64,000 bases of DNA from Candidatus Nomurabacteria bacterium (GTDB lineage Bacteria > Patescibacteriota > Minisyncoccia > Phycocordibacterales > UBA918): positions 97,753 through 161,752 of the forward strand of contig JACKGJ010000001.1 in NCBI GenBank assembly GCA_020631995.1, written 5' to 3'. The notes beneath the pieces were generated by a model that ran no database searches, was not told the origin of the DNA, and worked only from the letters and a program-made list of their open reading frames with translations. This document shows positions 37,137 to 46,886 of this stretch, one piece after another (the stretch's first letter is position 1; every line of letters begins with the position of its first letter). A program made the position numbers and the translations under genes.

Positions 37137-37727
37137 TTATTCGACAGTTATTTGGCCCGCAGTGTTTACTCGTACTAAACGACTTCCAGTATCGTTCAAT
37201 GTTGTAACTCCTATCACGCCCTCTGAAACGGTACCGTTATTCATTACAGCATCGAAATTGGGTCGCCTAAACGTAACTGACAGAGCACTCAAGGCGCAAT
37301 TTGAGCCATTACAAAGTTGGTTAATAGCGAAACGTGTATCCAATCTTCTAGTCTCTAATTCTTCGCCTTCATCATAGTAGCCGTCTTCATCACTGTCACG
37401 AAAAATGATATAGGTACCTGGCTCTGCCGTAGCAAAATATATTCCATATGGACGCCTGAATTCACCACTACTTCCAGTAGCTGATAGAGAGCGTGTTTGA
37501 ACTTCTCTGAGTTCCAATGCAATTTGAAAACTTTGGTTTTTAAGAAGAATCAAATTATTAAATGCTCCATAACGAATAGTTACAATGCCAGTAATTAAAC
37601 CGATAATTGCAGCAGTAACCAAAACCTCGAGGATGGAAAATCCGTTAGTCCCAAAAGGCAGATTACCTTTGAAACCCTTTCTCCTCCCTTTTAGGGTTAA
37701 GTAATATTGATTGTTAGAGGTTTCCAT
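37137..37727 (-). CDS. prepilin-type minor pilin (FimT/GspH-like)
   Basis: TNG/FSILEVLVTAAIIGLITG class III signal peptide. Confidence 0.65.
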   Translation of the reverse strand: METSNNQYYLTLKGRRKGFKGNLPFGTNGFSILEVLVTAAIIGLITGIVTIRYGAFNNLILLKNQSFQIALELREVQTRSLSATGSSGEFRRPYGIYFATAEPGTYIIFRDSDEDGYYDEGEELETRRLDTRFAINQLCNGSNCALSALSVTFRRPNFDAVMNNGTVSEGVIGVTTLNDTGSRLVRVNTAGQITVE

Positions 37728-38535
37728 AGAGTATCAAAATGGACTCCAGTACATTGGCATTAAAAAAGTAAACCATCACAAATGCCATAATCAAAAATGG
37801 CGCGAAGGGCACTTCACTTTTCATCTTAACACGACGAGTAGTACCAAAGCCGAGATACTTGTGTAGATTTATTTGTTGAAAGAGAATCAATGAAACACTT
37901 ATTAAAGCGCCCACCCAAAATGACCAAACTACTAATGAAAATAAGTCGCTTATTCCCACCAGCATCGCAAGACTCACTGCTAACTTAGCATCTCCTAGAC
38001 CAAGCCAGCGTCCGCCGGAAAACCACCATAATGAAAAGAAAAAAAGAAAAGCGACTAAACCTGAAAATAGCGATCCATAAAGCATACTCATACTGTTAAT
38101 TAACCACGCCTCATAGCCAACAATCAATAGAGCTAATATTGCTAAGATAAACGATAGTTCGTCAGGAATGATCATATGATATAGATCATAAATAACTACC
38201 ACCACTAAAACTGACATAAATAATGCAAGCAACAAGAAAACAACCAAATCAGCAGTACTAAGATAGGCCAAGAGAAATGTACCCGCGGTCAGCACCTCTA
38301 CCAAAGCGTAACGATATGGAATAAAAGACTGGCAAGAGCGACATCGCCCCCTAAGGATTAGATATGATAACAGTGGAAACAGCTCGTACCATTTAAGAGT
38401 AGTACCGCAAGACAAACAATGAGATCGATCATTTAGAGATCGGTTGGTATGAAAGCGGTAAATTACAACATTGAGAAAACTACCAATAATAAGTCCGAAC
38501 AACAACACAGTAAAAATGAAAAACCATTCTGGCAT
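37714..38535 (-). CDS. pilD: prepilin peptidase (A24 family, PilD)
   Basis: 273 aa; N-terminal GSFLNVVIYRF...CLSCGTTLKWYELFPLLSYL...RCRSC zinc-binding loop; polytopic with conserved Asp-containing segments. Confidence 0.85.
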   Translation of the reverse strand: MPEWFFIFTVLLFGLIIGSFLNVVIYRFHTNRSLNDRSHCLSCGTTLKWYELFPLLSYLILRGRCRSCQSFIPYRYALVEVLTAGTFLLAYLSTADLVVFLLLALFMSVLVVVVIYDLYHMIIPDELSFILAILALLIVGYEAWLINSMSMLYGSLFSGLVAFLFFFSLWWFSGGRWLGLGDAKLAVSLAMLVGISDLFSLVVWSFWVGALISVSLILFQQINLHKYLGFGTTRRVKMKSEVPFAPFLIMAFVMVYFFNANVLESILILYGNL

Positions 38536-38584
38536 AGGCTAAGTATACCCCCGACATCGGTCCTGAAGTGATGTTGTATGTAGA

Positions 38585-38622
38585 AAACTAAAACAAAAAC
38601 ACCCCACAAGTGGGGTGTTTTT
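38585..38622 (-). terminator. terminator after the second major pilin gene
   Basis: AAAAACACCCCACTTGTGGGGTGTTTTTG on the minus strand. Confidence 0.8.
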
Positions 38623-38649
38623 GTAGATACTATGTAGTACGTCTCCGGA

Positions 38650-39072
38650 TTACGGACAAACAGTGACTGCAGTAGTACTCCAACCAGATGTGTAGCTTTT
38701 TGCTTGACCTGTAGAGTCAACACAATAGTAATGTGCTGTATTAGACATCATACGTGCCTTCATAGCCCATTGAGTAGCGTTACTACTACAAACAGCATTA
38801 CCAGTTCCAGCCGAGGAATTAGCACCCGCTAACATAGTACCGATACCACCCGCTGCTGTACAAACGTTCGTATAAGCACGACCGTTGTTCTCATAATAAA
38901 GTTCTGCTTGTGCACGTGCATTGTTCAAATTGGACTTAGTAGCCGCGTCAGCTCCCTTATCACGAGCACTATTGAGTGAGGCCAACACTACTGAGGCCAA
39001 AATACCAATGATGGCAATAACCACTAGGAGCTCTATTAAGGTGAAACCGCGCCTGTATATTTGTTTAATCAT
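38650..39072 (-). CDS. pilA: type IV major pilin paralog 2
   Basis: MIKQIYRRG/FTLIELLVVIAIIGILASVVLASLNSARDKG; own TATAAT promoter and terminator. Confidence 0.85.
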   Translation of the reverse strand: MIKQIYRRGFTLIELLVVIAIIGILASVVLASLNSARDKGADAATKSNLNNARAQAELYYENNGRAYTNVCTAAGGIGTMLAGANSSAGTGNAVCSSNATQWAMKARMMSNTAHYYCVDSTGQAKSYTSGWSTTAVTVCP

Positions 39073-39210
39073 AAATGTAAATAATTACTTTATTTCATTT
39101 TACACCCTAGGAATTATAAAAAATTAAGGTATGTGAATAACTGAAGCTAAAGATAGATAATAAATTCAATCCATTTTTGACATCACATCAAAAACTCCTG
39201 AAGCCTTATA

Positions 39211-39240
39211 ACAAAAAACAGTGCCGAGGCACTGTTTTTG
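39211..39240 (-). terminator. terminator after the first major pilin gene
   Basis: CAAAAACAGTGCCTCGGCACTGTTTTTTG on the minus strand. Confidence 0.8.
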
Positions 39241-39283
39241 ACGCCAAAGGGGCGATCTATTGATTTAACTAAGCTAAACCTTT

Positions 39284-39685
39284 CTAACTAGCAGGACAAG
39301 CTGTTGATCCTGTAGTAATAGAGCTTGTGGTTGTAACAGCCTTTCCAGTCGAGTCAACACAGTACGAAGAAGTTGAAGCACTTGAAAGACCAGCGAAAGC
39401 TGCCCATACGTCAGCAGTGTCATTACACTCTCCACCAGCTGCAGTTACACCTTGTGCAACATTAGTGTCACTACAAACTCCTAAGTAACTACCACTGTTA
39501 TTATCGTAAAACAATTCAGCCTGTGCGCGAATGTTATTAAGGTTCGACTTTATGGCTGCGTCTTCTCCCTTGTCACGAGCACTGTTGAGTGAAGCCAACA
39601 CTACTGAGGCCAAAATACCAATGATGGCAATAACTACGAGGAGCTCGATGAGGGTGAAACCTCTTTTAAGTTTGTTCTTTATCAT
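39284..39685 (-). CDS. pilA: type IV major pilin paralog 1
   Basis: MIKNKLKRG/FTLIELLVVIAIIGILASVVLASLNSARDKG; C-terminal Cys pair. Confidence 0.85.
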   Translation of the reverse strand: MIKNKLKRGFTLIELLVVIAIIGILASVVLASLNSARDKGEDAAIKSNLNNIRAQAELFYDNNSGSYLGVCSDTNVAQGVTAAGGECNDTADVWAAFAGLSSASTSSYCVDSTGKAVTTTSSITTGSTACPAS

Positions 39686-39908
39686 ATAACTAATTATTTT
39701 ATAACTTTCCCGCTCCAGACATCAGCTGTGTGTCTCGAACAGAACATCCGTTTAATGGATACTATCAATTCTATAGCTATTCTTGGCCATTTTGTTCGAT
39801 GTGTGTGGATAAGACTAGTTTTTTAATGCTCTAGTTTTAAACTTAGAATGTAGTTTTGAAAAATCTGCATATAAACTTTCACAGTTGATCACGACTTAAA
39901 CTAACAGA

Positions 39909-40021
39909 GGATTTTTGGATGCAGTTGTACCAGCTACAAGGAGTTTCGTGCGGAAGGCGTATATGGACATACGACGACCAAGCGAAACGACTGAAGCTGG
40001 TGCAAATGCGCCGAAAATACC
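39909..40021 (+). repeat. family 2 rod-like element (compact copy) between pilC and the pilin gene
   Basis: GGATTTTTGG/CCGAAAATACC outer arms. ATGCAGTTGTACCAGC pairs with GCTGGTGCAAATGCG. Apical CGTATATGGACATACG hairpin. GACCAAGCGAAACGACTGAAGC core. Confidence 0.6.
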
Positions 40022-40023
40022 TG

Positions 40024-41232
40024 TTAGATTGAGGCGGTCATATTGTAGATAGGCAAAAGAACAGACGCCAACAAGGTTCCTACACCAAGACCAAGCATAA
40101 CAATCATTACTGGTTCAATCAGTCCAATCAAAGTGTCGACAGCATTGTTAACCTCACGTACGTAGAACGTTGCTAGTGTCTTCATAATTTCCGAAAGATT
40201 TCCAGTCTCTTCCCCAACTTTGGCCATCTGTGAAAGTACGCCAGGAATTTCAGGATATTCGGATAATGCATCAGCAAATGATCGTCCACCCTTAACTTCT
40301 ACTAAAGTATTTTGTAGGATTTCTTTATAGACAGCGTTGTCTACCACTTCAGCTGTAACTTCGAGTGCCTGCACCATAGAGATTCCACTTTGAAGCATTG
40401 TGGCTAAGTTGTCACAAATGCGGGCAAGATAAAGCTTTTGATAAAGGTCACCCAAATATGGCAAAGTGATTTTTAGCTCATCATAGGCTCGGAGTCCAAC
40501 TGGAGTTTTTATAAAACGCCAAAGGAACACTCCACCAATAGACGCAAGTGCTAATATCACTCCTATGTAATCAGTAAGGACAGTAGATATGGCTATGACA
40601 ATCTTTGTATAGATAGGCAATTCTTGACCGGAATCAAGAAGAATTTGACTAATACGAGGAATCACCATTGTTAGCATCAGACCCATCACAAGTATGAATA
40701 CACCAACAACGAAAGCTGGGTACACAAGAGCGTTTCGAGCTTTTGTTATCACCTGGTAGGTTCTGTCTAGATAATCCGCCAAGTAACCGAACGATTGTTC
40801 TAGAGAGCCAGACTCCTCACCAGCTCGTATCATATTTATATAGAAATCACTAAAGACATCGGGGTGTGCAGACATAGAACGTGAAATTGAACTACCAGCC
40901 TGCAAGTCATCGGCAATATCATTCAACACCTTTTGCATCTGCGGATTCTCAGCCTCAGTACCTAAAAGACGAAATATTCTAAGAGCAGACACCTGAGCAT
41001 CAAAAAGGGTGGCCAACTGACGGGACAGTATAACCACCTCCTTGTTTGATATACGTTGAAACCAATTAATTTCAAAATTTAAAAATTGTTGCTTCTCTTC
41101 TACCGGATCAATTGATATCACTGTATATCCGCGTTTTTGCACAGTCGCAATTGCAGCATCGATATTGCCAGCCTCGACAGTACCGTCACGCTTTACGTTA
41201 GTTTGGTCAATGGCTTTATAGGAGAACAACAT
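40024..41232 (-). CDS. pilC: type IV pilus platform protein PilC (GspF family)
   Basis: 402 aa; duplicated T2SS-F domain architecture with three TM segments. Confidence 0.9.
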   Translation of the reverse strand: MLFSYKAIDQTNVKRDGTVEAGNIDAAIATVQKRGYTVISIDPVEEKQQFLNFEINWFQRISNKEVVILSRQLATLFDAQVSALRIFRLLGTEAENPQMQKVLNDIADDLQAGSSISRSMSAHPDVFSDFYINMIRAGEESGSLEQSFGYLADYLDRTYQVITKARNALVYPAFVVGVFILVMGLMLTMVIPRISQILLDSGQELPIYTKIVIAISTVLTDYIGVILALASIGGVFLWRFIKTPVGLRAYDELKITLPYLGDLYQKLYLARICDNLATMLQSGISMVQALEVTAEVVDNAVYKEILQNTLVEVKGGRSFADALSEYPEIPGVLSQMAKVGEETGNLSEIMKTLATFYVREVNNAVDTLIGLIEPVMIVMLGLGVGTLLASVLLPIYNMTASI

Positions 41233-41375
41233 AGTTATAGCTATAGTTTAAGGTGAAAAGCTGAAAGTTCAAAGGTATAAAGCTGTGTTTAACTTAAATA
41301 GTATGACAGAGAGTTTTGGATGTGCGATGTCTAGAGAACCTATAAATGAGACTCAGTAGTTTTCATCGTTTAAAT

Positions 41376-42446
41376 TTAGATGAGACGTTCGAGACCTTTA
41401 GGATTTACAGAATATGCAAAAGCATTTTCAACCGTAATCTCACCTTTCTTAACCATATTCACTAGTGAACGGTTCATATCAATCATCCCATGTTCGAGAC
41501 CAGTCTCAATTACTGTCTGCACCTCATGTGTACGTCGCTCACGAATCAGGTTAGCGATAGCGCTGTTGTTTATCAAGAGTTCGTAAGCAGGTACCATACC
41601 TCCTTGGATACGAGGAACTAAGCGTTGCGAAAAAATACCAGTGAGCGATCCAGCCAACTGCACACGTATCTGGTCTTGCTGACCAGCTGGAAAACTATCG
41701 ATAATACGATCAATCGTCTGTGACGCGTTATTTGTGTGCAAAGTTGAAAATACCAAATGTCCTGTCTCGGCAGCAGTTACAGCGGTTGCAATCGTTGCCG
41801 GATTACGCATCTCCCCCACAAGAATCACATCAATGTCTTGGCGGAAAATGGCATTCAGGCCGGTAGCGAAGTCGACAGTATCAGTACCAACCTCGCGTTG
41901 TTCGATTAATGCCTGATCTGGTGTATACACATACTCAATAGGATCTTCAATAGTGACGATATGGTCAGGACGACTTTTATTAATCAACTGAATCATCGCC
42001 GCCAATGTAGTTGACTTACCTTGGCCGACTGGACCTACACAAAGAAAGAAGCCCTGAGGTCTTTCGGTAAAGCTTGCAAGGATTGGGGGTAGGTTTAACT
42101 CTTCTAAAGATTTTATTTCGTTTGGAATATGACGGAGCGCAACAGCTGGAGTACCTTGTTGGTGATAAGCATTGCCACGGAAACGCACCCCATCTGGGGC
42201 AGCGAAAGAAAAGTCTACTTCCTTGTCATTTGTAAACTCAGCTCCCTTCTGTTCAGAAAGGAGCACGCCACAAAAACCCATCACGTCTTCTGATGTCAAA
42301 ACAGGCTTCTTCACCAACGGCACTAACGAGCCCATTACCCTAACTACAGGATGAGACCCGACCGACAAGTGTATATCAGAACCTTTTTCCGATACTACGA
42401 TATCTATTAAATCTGCTAGTTCTTTTCTGTAATCTACATTGGCCAT
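41376..42446 (-). CDS. pilT: twitching motility/retraction ATPase PilT
   Basis: 356 aa; GPVGQGKSTT Walker A, ILVGEMRN Asp box, FSTLHTN His box. Confidence 0.9.
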   Translation of the reverse strand: MANVDYRKELADLIDIVVSEKGSDIHLSVGSHPVVRVMGSLVPLVKKPVLTSEDVMGFCGVLLSEQKGAEFTNDKEVDFSFAAPDGVRFRGNAYHQQGTPAVALRHIPNEIKSLEELNLPPILASFTERPQGFFLCVGPVGQGKSTTLAAMIQLINKSRPDHIVTIEDPIEYVYTPDQALIEQREVGTDTVDFATGLNAIFRQDIDVILVGEMRNPATIATAVTAAETGHLVFSTLHTNNASQTIDRIIDSFPAGQQDQIRVQLAGSLTGIFSQRLVPRIQGGMVPAYELLINNSAIANLIRERRTHEVQTVIETGLEHGMIDMNRSLVNMVKKGEITVENAFAYSVNPKGLERLI

Positions 42447-42532
42447 AATTTAAAATTAAAAAGTCAAAATTTAGAATGATAATTAAACATATAAAGGTTT
42501 ACGCTTGACGGTATGTATCAAAAGAGGGCATA

Positions 42533-42898
42533 TTATTTACTACATAACTCCTCCACACGCTTGACCACCTCGCTAGGTATTACTTCGGCTTTTATAATGT
42601 AACCCACGGCGCCAGCCTCATTTGCAGCTGACTGGTCTCCCGCTTCACTTTGATTTGAGAGAACCACGTATTTAGTGCTATTCGTTAAACCTAATTTTTT
42701 AATCTCTTCCAAAAGATCAAGTCCACTCATTCCTGGCATTATCATATCCAACAGAACAACATCGTAATCAGCTTCCTTTATAGACCTCATAGCCTCAGTA
42801 GCATCTGTTGCAGTATCAACTTGATGGCCAGATTCAATGAATTTGGTAGCGTACATATCCCTAAGAAAGGCATCATCATCTACCAGTAAGAGTTTCAT
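42533..42898 (-). CDS. single-domain response regulator (CheY-like receiver)
   Basis: MKLLLVDDD..., DVVLLDMIMPGMSG, terminal GYIIKA; start set at the internal ATG. Confidence 0.8.
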   Translation of the reverse strand: MKLLLVDDDAFLRDMYATKFIESGHQVDTATDATEAMRSIKEADYDVVLLDMIMPGMSGLDLLEEIKKLGLTNSTKYVVLSNQSEAGDQSAANEAGAVGYIIKAEVIPSEVVKRVEELCSK

Positions 42899-43145
42899 TG
42901 CATTATAAGTAAGACGCGGAAAATAAACTCCGCATACCCACACTTAAAAAGCTGTTAATATGGTTTCGACCAGACATCTCTAGATCAAGAGTCGCACGAT
43001 CGTTTCTTCCTAAAACATCCATACCATTCATTATACAACATCACTTTTGGCATAGTGTTGGAGGTGGGTATAGTAAAAACTTCGCTCGCCTGATTCTCTA
43101 CTATCTAAATCTTCATAAAGAAGGACACACGAGCTATACCCACGA

Positions 43146-44999
43146 TCAATCTGGTTCGTTCAACTTGATGTCATTAGTTACATCCTTAGTTTCTGGAGGT
43201 ACAGATTGTTCCCCAGGCTGTACTGGCAGAGTAGTATCGTCAGGTAAAAAGTCCTTTCCGATCGCTGCTTCAGATCCTACTTTAGTACCGAAAGTATTTA
43301 CTTCCTCATAAGGAATAACACCATCCAAAGCTTTCAAAATAGCGTCTTCTTTCATACTCATAAAACCCTCTGCACGAGCTACTTTATATATATCCTCTTC
43401 ACTGCCTTCACGTAAGATCAGATTTTGTATTTCCTGATTAATTTCCAATACCTCCATTACAGCGACACGTCCCTTAGTACCAGCTGCACAACCTGGAACT
43501 GGTACCGGGTGATAGATGTTTTCAAAAGGAGGAATACGATCTCGAAAAGCAGTAGGTAGACTTTCAAATTCCTTATCAAACATCCGTTTAGTGCTCTCGT
43601 CTACTGGAGTAGCCTGTCCAGGCTTACAAAGTCGTCTGGAGAGACGTTGTGCAATAGCTAGTTTCAGAGTTGGCGCAATCAAGTACGGATCCACTCCCAT
43701 ATCAATAAGGCGTGGTATTACTCCAATCGCATTGTTGGTGTGAATCGTAGAAAGTACCAAGTGACCAGTAAGAGCTGCTTGAATAGCTAGTTGAGCAGTC
43801 TCTTTATCACGTATCTCCCCCACCAATATCACGTCCGGGTCTTGACGAAGTGCAGTCCGGAGACCATTCGCAAAAGTATAACCAATCTCTGGACGCACTT
43901 GTGACTGCGATACACCATCGATGTTGTACTCAATAGGATCTTCAAGGGAGAGTACGTTTTTTGTGGCACGATCAATTTCAGATAACATTGCGTAAAGGGT
44001 AGTCGACTTTCCACTACCAGTCGGACCAGAGATCAAAATAATTCCGTAAGGTTCCTTTATCATTCGACGAATAGTTGCAAGATGATACTTAGATATACCT
44101 GTGAGTTCCAGAGTGTGAATTCCTTTTTCGTTATCTAAAATACGCATCACTACTTTTTCTCCATGACTGGTAGGAAAAGTGGAGACACGAAAGTCAATTT
44201 TACGTCCGTCGAAAGTCGCAGAAAATCGTCCATCTTGAGGCTTACGTCTTTCATCGAGACGCATAGAGGAAAGAATTTTGATACGAGCCACAACGGCAGA
44301 CTGTACATTACGTGGAAGCTCAATACTGGTTTGCAAGAGACCATCAACTCGAAAACGTACTCGCACCTTACCATTAGTTGGTTCAATATGAACGTCAGAC
44401 GCTCCACCATCCACAGCATAACGGAGAATAGTTGCAACGATTTTTGTTACCGGAGCATCCTCCTTAATGTGTTCAGCAGATAATTTCTCTCCTTCAACAG
44501 ACTCACTTTTTCTCTCGGCAATTTCTTGATCTAATTCACCCTCGAGAGAAGTTAAAGCTTGTCCGACTTCTCCAGTGAGGTTTTCGTAACCAGACAATAA
44601 TTTTTGCAGGTCCTCTTTCAACAAAAAAATAAACTTATAAGGTATACCGTGCTTAGTACTGACAAAGTTCAAAACCTCACGTAAACGAAAATCATCGGGG
44701 TTATTGACCCCGACCATTAAGGTGTCGTTCTCGAGTCTAAGAGGCACTATCTCATAATTTTTTGCCGCCTCAACAGGAATAAACTCTAAAACATTCTGTG
44801 GCACAGATTCATCCTCAATAGGAGTATGGGCAGGAATATTATAATAACGAGCCAGCCGATCGCGAACCACTTCTTTCGGTACGCCAGCCGACAGAAGCGC
44901 TGTCTCTGGTGACATTCCCTGTTCCACCTGCTTACTCACCGCTAAAGCAGTAGCGGGTGTAATTACACCTTCTTTCTCTAATTCGTTTAAAAAATCCAT
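43146..44999 (-). CDS. pilB: type IV pilus assembly ATPase PilB (GspE family)
   Basis: 617 aa; N-terminal GSPII_E_N-like domain, GPTGSGKSTT Walker A, ILVGEIRD, STIHTN. Confidence 0.9.
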   Translation of the reverse strand: MDFLNELEKEGVITPATALAVSKQVEQGMSPETALLSAGVPKEVVRDRLARYYNIPAHTPIEDESVPQNVLEFIPVEAAKNYEIVPLRLENDTLMVGVNNPDDFRLREVLNFVSTKHGIPYKFIFLLKEDLQKLLSGYENLTGEVGQALTSLEGELDQEIAERKSESVEGEKLSAEHIKEDAPVTKIVATILRYAVDGGASDVHIEPTNGKVRVRFRVDGLLQTSIELPRNVQSAVVARIKILSSMRLDERRKPQDGRFSATFDGRKIDFRVSTFPTSHGEKVVMRILDNEKGIHTLELTGISKYHLATIRRMIKEPYGIILISGPTGSGKSTTLYAMLSEIDRATKNVLSLEDPIEYNIDGVSQSQVRPEIGYTFANGLRTALRQDPDVILVGEIRDKETAQLAIQAALTGHLVLSTIHTNNAIGVIPRLIDMGVDPYLIAPTLKLAIAQRLSRRLCKPGQATPVDESTKRMFDKEFESLPTAFRDRIPPFENIYHPVPVPGCAAGTKGRVAVMEVLEINQEIQNLILREGSEEDIYKVARAEGFMSMKEDAILKALDGVIPYEEVNTFGTKVGSEAAIGKDFLPDDTTLPVQPGEQSVPPETKDVTNDIKLNEPD

Positions 45000-45044
45000 T
45001 TTGTGGTTATTTATTACACCAGAACGTCAATCATTAAAGAATAA

Positions 45045-45329
45045 TTAATCAGAAAAAGGATTAGGACGTCCAGATGAAACGGCTTCTGGACTAGTTTCGA
45101 AGGACACTAAAGAGCGGAATTTTGCATTATCGAAAAAATCACGGGATAGACTGATGTTTTGAATCTCATTGAGTCGCAAGAGAAATTCTGTTGCAAGAAA
45201 CTCGCCTTCACTTACACCACCGTCTACTTCGAGATTAGATTCACTGTTAAGTGTAAAAATGTAATACCCAGCATAAAGTACCCCAGCCAGAATTGTAAAA
45301 ATTAAAATGTTTTTAACTAAGGATGACAT
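45045..45329 (-). CDS. hypothetical pilus-cluster membrane protein (94 aa)
   Basis: One TM helix; in the position where PilP-like genes occur; no family recognised. Confidence 0.5.
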   Translation of the reverse strand: MSSLVKNILIFTILAGVLYAGYYIFTLNSESNLEVDGGVSEGEFLATEFLLRLNEIQNISLSRDFFDNAKFRSLVSFETSPEAVSSGRPNPFSD

Positions 45330-45338
45330 AATTTATCT

Positions 45339-45962
45339 TTAATTTGCAGGAAGTGCATAAGTTTCCACTAATAACGAATACTGTATCAAATTAACGTTGG
45401 TTTCCTCAAGATTGAACTCAAACTCAACTAACTTTAGTGGGTAAGCGTTGCGCTCCAGGTCACGCAACATTTCCTTAATTTGTTCATAACTACCAACCAC
45501 TTCGACCTGGAATCTTTGTGCCATAAATACACCGTTCTTATTTTCTGACAACTCTTCACCAGATGGAGTAACGGTACTTGGTTCGTTAGATACACTACCT
45601 TCATCACTATTAGAAGAAAGGAAAGTCGTAACTGGAATTACCTTCTCAGGGATTATATCCAAGAGCAACATTTGATTCCGAGAGACTATGTTAGAAATAT
45701 CACTGGCCACTAAAGTAGCGTCAATTTCCCTTGGCAGATACCGCTCTAATACTGTTCGATCATAATCACTTAATGCATCAGCCTGATTAATGAGAGTTTG
45801 TAAATGCTGATTATAGCGACCAATATTCTCCATAGCGGTCTGATACGCCGCTACCTCACTTTGAGCAATACGAATAGAGTCAATTTTAGGCTTCACAACA
45901 CTAACAGCGATAACTATCGCTACGACCAACAATGTAATTTGTATACCAACTTGAAATCTCAT
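45339..45962 (-). CDS. pilO: PilO-like pilus assembly protein
   Basis: 207 aa; N-terminal TM plus coiled coil; gene order pilM-pilN-pilO. Confidence 0.55.
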   Translation of the reverse strand: MRFQVGIQITLLVVAIVIAVSVVKPKIDSIRIAQSEVAAYQTAMENIGRYNQHLQTLINQADALSDYDRTVLERYLPREIDATLVASDISNIVSRNQMLLLDIIPEKVIPVTTFLSSNSDEGSVSNEPSTVTPSGEELSENKNGVFMAQRFQVEVVGSYEQIKEMLRDLERNAYPLKLVEFEFNLEETNVNLIQYSLLVETYALPAN

Positions 45963-45964
45963 AA

Positions 45965-46729
45965 TTATTGATTGACTTCTACAGTGGACGTTGCAACTAT
46001 CTGCTCATTATCAGTCACAGGGGGAGCTACAGAATCCGTCGTAGAAGTAGCGCTATCGATTATCACTATGTTTTCCATATCTTCCCCTACCTCCACATTT
46101 GTTACAACTCCAGTCTCTTGTGCGGGCTGATAAGCGATACTAGATATGTCCCTCGTGTCTGAGAAGACGAATGACAGCGTGGCTGAACCGAGTAAGTTAT
46201 TAGTGCCACCCTCTCCCCCACCTATACTGTAATCATACTCAATGACTTTAGCTTCTTTAAGCAAACTACTATTACCAAGAAGATTACGTTGACTAATTAT
46301 TTCGGTGAAATTATCTGCACGACCAGTTAAATCAATTTGGAATTTATTATTTGGTAAGTGCTGATAATGCATACCAGAAAAATAAATATTGGAAGCAACT
46401 ATCGCCTCAATGTCGTCAAAAATACGTGACGGTGCAGAAGAATTATTCAAAAGCGCTTCGGCAGTAGCTAGCCTCTTATGCAGTTGCTTAATACTCTCGA
46501 TGTCACCCAAAGAGAATCTTTGCCTTTCTACTACCAATTGATCCCGCAGTGAAGAAACATCTCGATTCACTATCGCTCCATACGCATACACTCCAATGAC
46601 TGAGAACAACGTACTAAAAAAAACTATATAGCTTATATAAGCCAATATATAGATACGCCGAGTACTCTTAGTGCGTTGCACTGTTTTTACTCCGCTCTTT
46701 GGTATAAAAGAAGTACCTTCAGATGCCAT
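45965..46729 (-). CDS. pilN: PilN-like pilus assembly protein
   Basis: 254 aa; basic N-terminus, single TM (IYILAYISYIVFFSTLFSVIGVYAYGAIV), coiled coil; TATAAT 9 nt upstream of ATG. Confidence 0.55.
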   Translation of the reverse strand: MASEGTSFIPKSGVKTVQRTKSTRRIYILAYISYIVFFSTLFSVIGVYAYGAIVNRDVSSLRDQLVVERQRFSLGDIESIKQLHKRLATAEALLNNSSAPSRIFDDIEAIVASNIYFSGMHYQHLPNNKFQIDLTGRADNFTEIISQRNLLGNSSLLKEAKVIEYDYSIGGGEGGTNNLLGSATLSFVFSDTRDISSIAYQPAQETGVVTNVEVGEDMENIVIIDSATSTTDSVAPPVTDNEQIVATSTVEVNQ

Positions 46730-46738
46730 ATGTATTTC

Positions 46739-46744
46739 ATTATA
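46739..46744 (-). promoter_or_regulatory. -10 box (TATAAT) 9 nt upstream of the pilN-like ATG
   Basis: Minus-strand read GGCGTATAATGAAATACATATGGCA. Confidence 0.45.
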
Positions 46745-46886
46745 CGCCTACTCTGCAAATCGCTTTTATACTCTCTGTGGACAAGGTTTATAAACACTGG
46801 ACGTTCAGTCACTGCAACTTCACCTACCCCTGCGACCATACAGACAACTTTTGTAAAATTAAAATGAGGATGTGACATTATCTAAT

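Noticed and set aside
39940-40000. Possible hammerhead-type ribozyme, because of adjacent GAAAC and CTGAAG strings in family 2 cores
   Set aside because: The spacing is wrong: no stems separate the GAAA and CUGANGA-like strings, and no cleavage-site triplet context exists. The elements fold as simple rods instead.
46687-46878. 63-aa minus-strand ORF upstream of pilN
   Set aside because: It overlaps the pilN start in another frame and contains the TATAAT box that I assign to pilN. It has no SD and no recognisable features.
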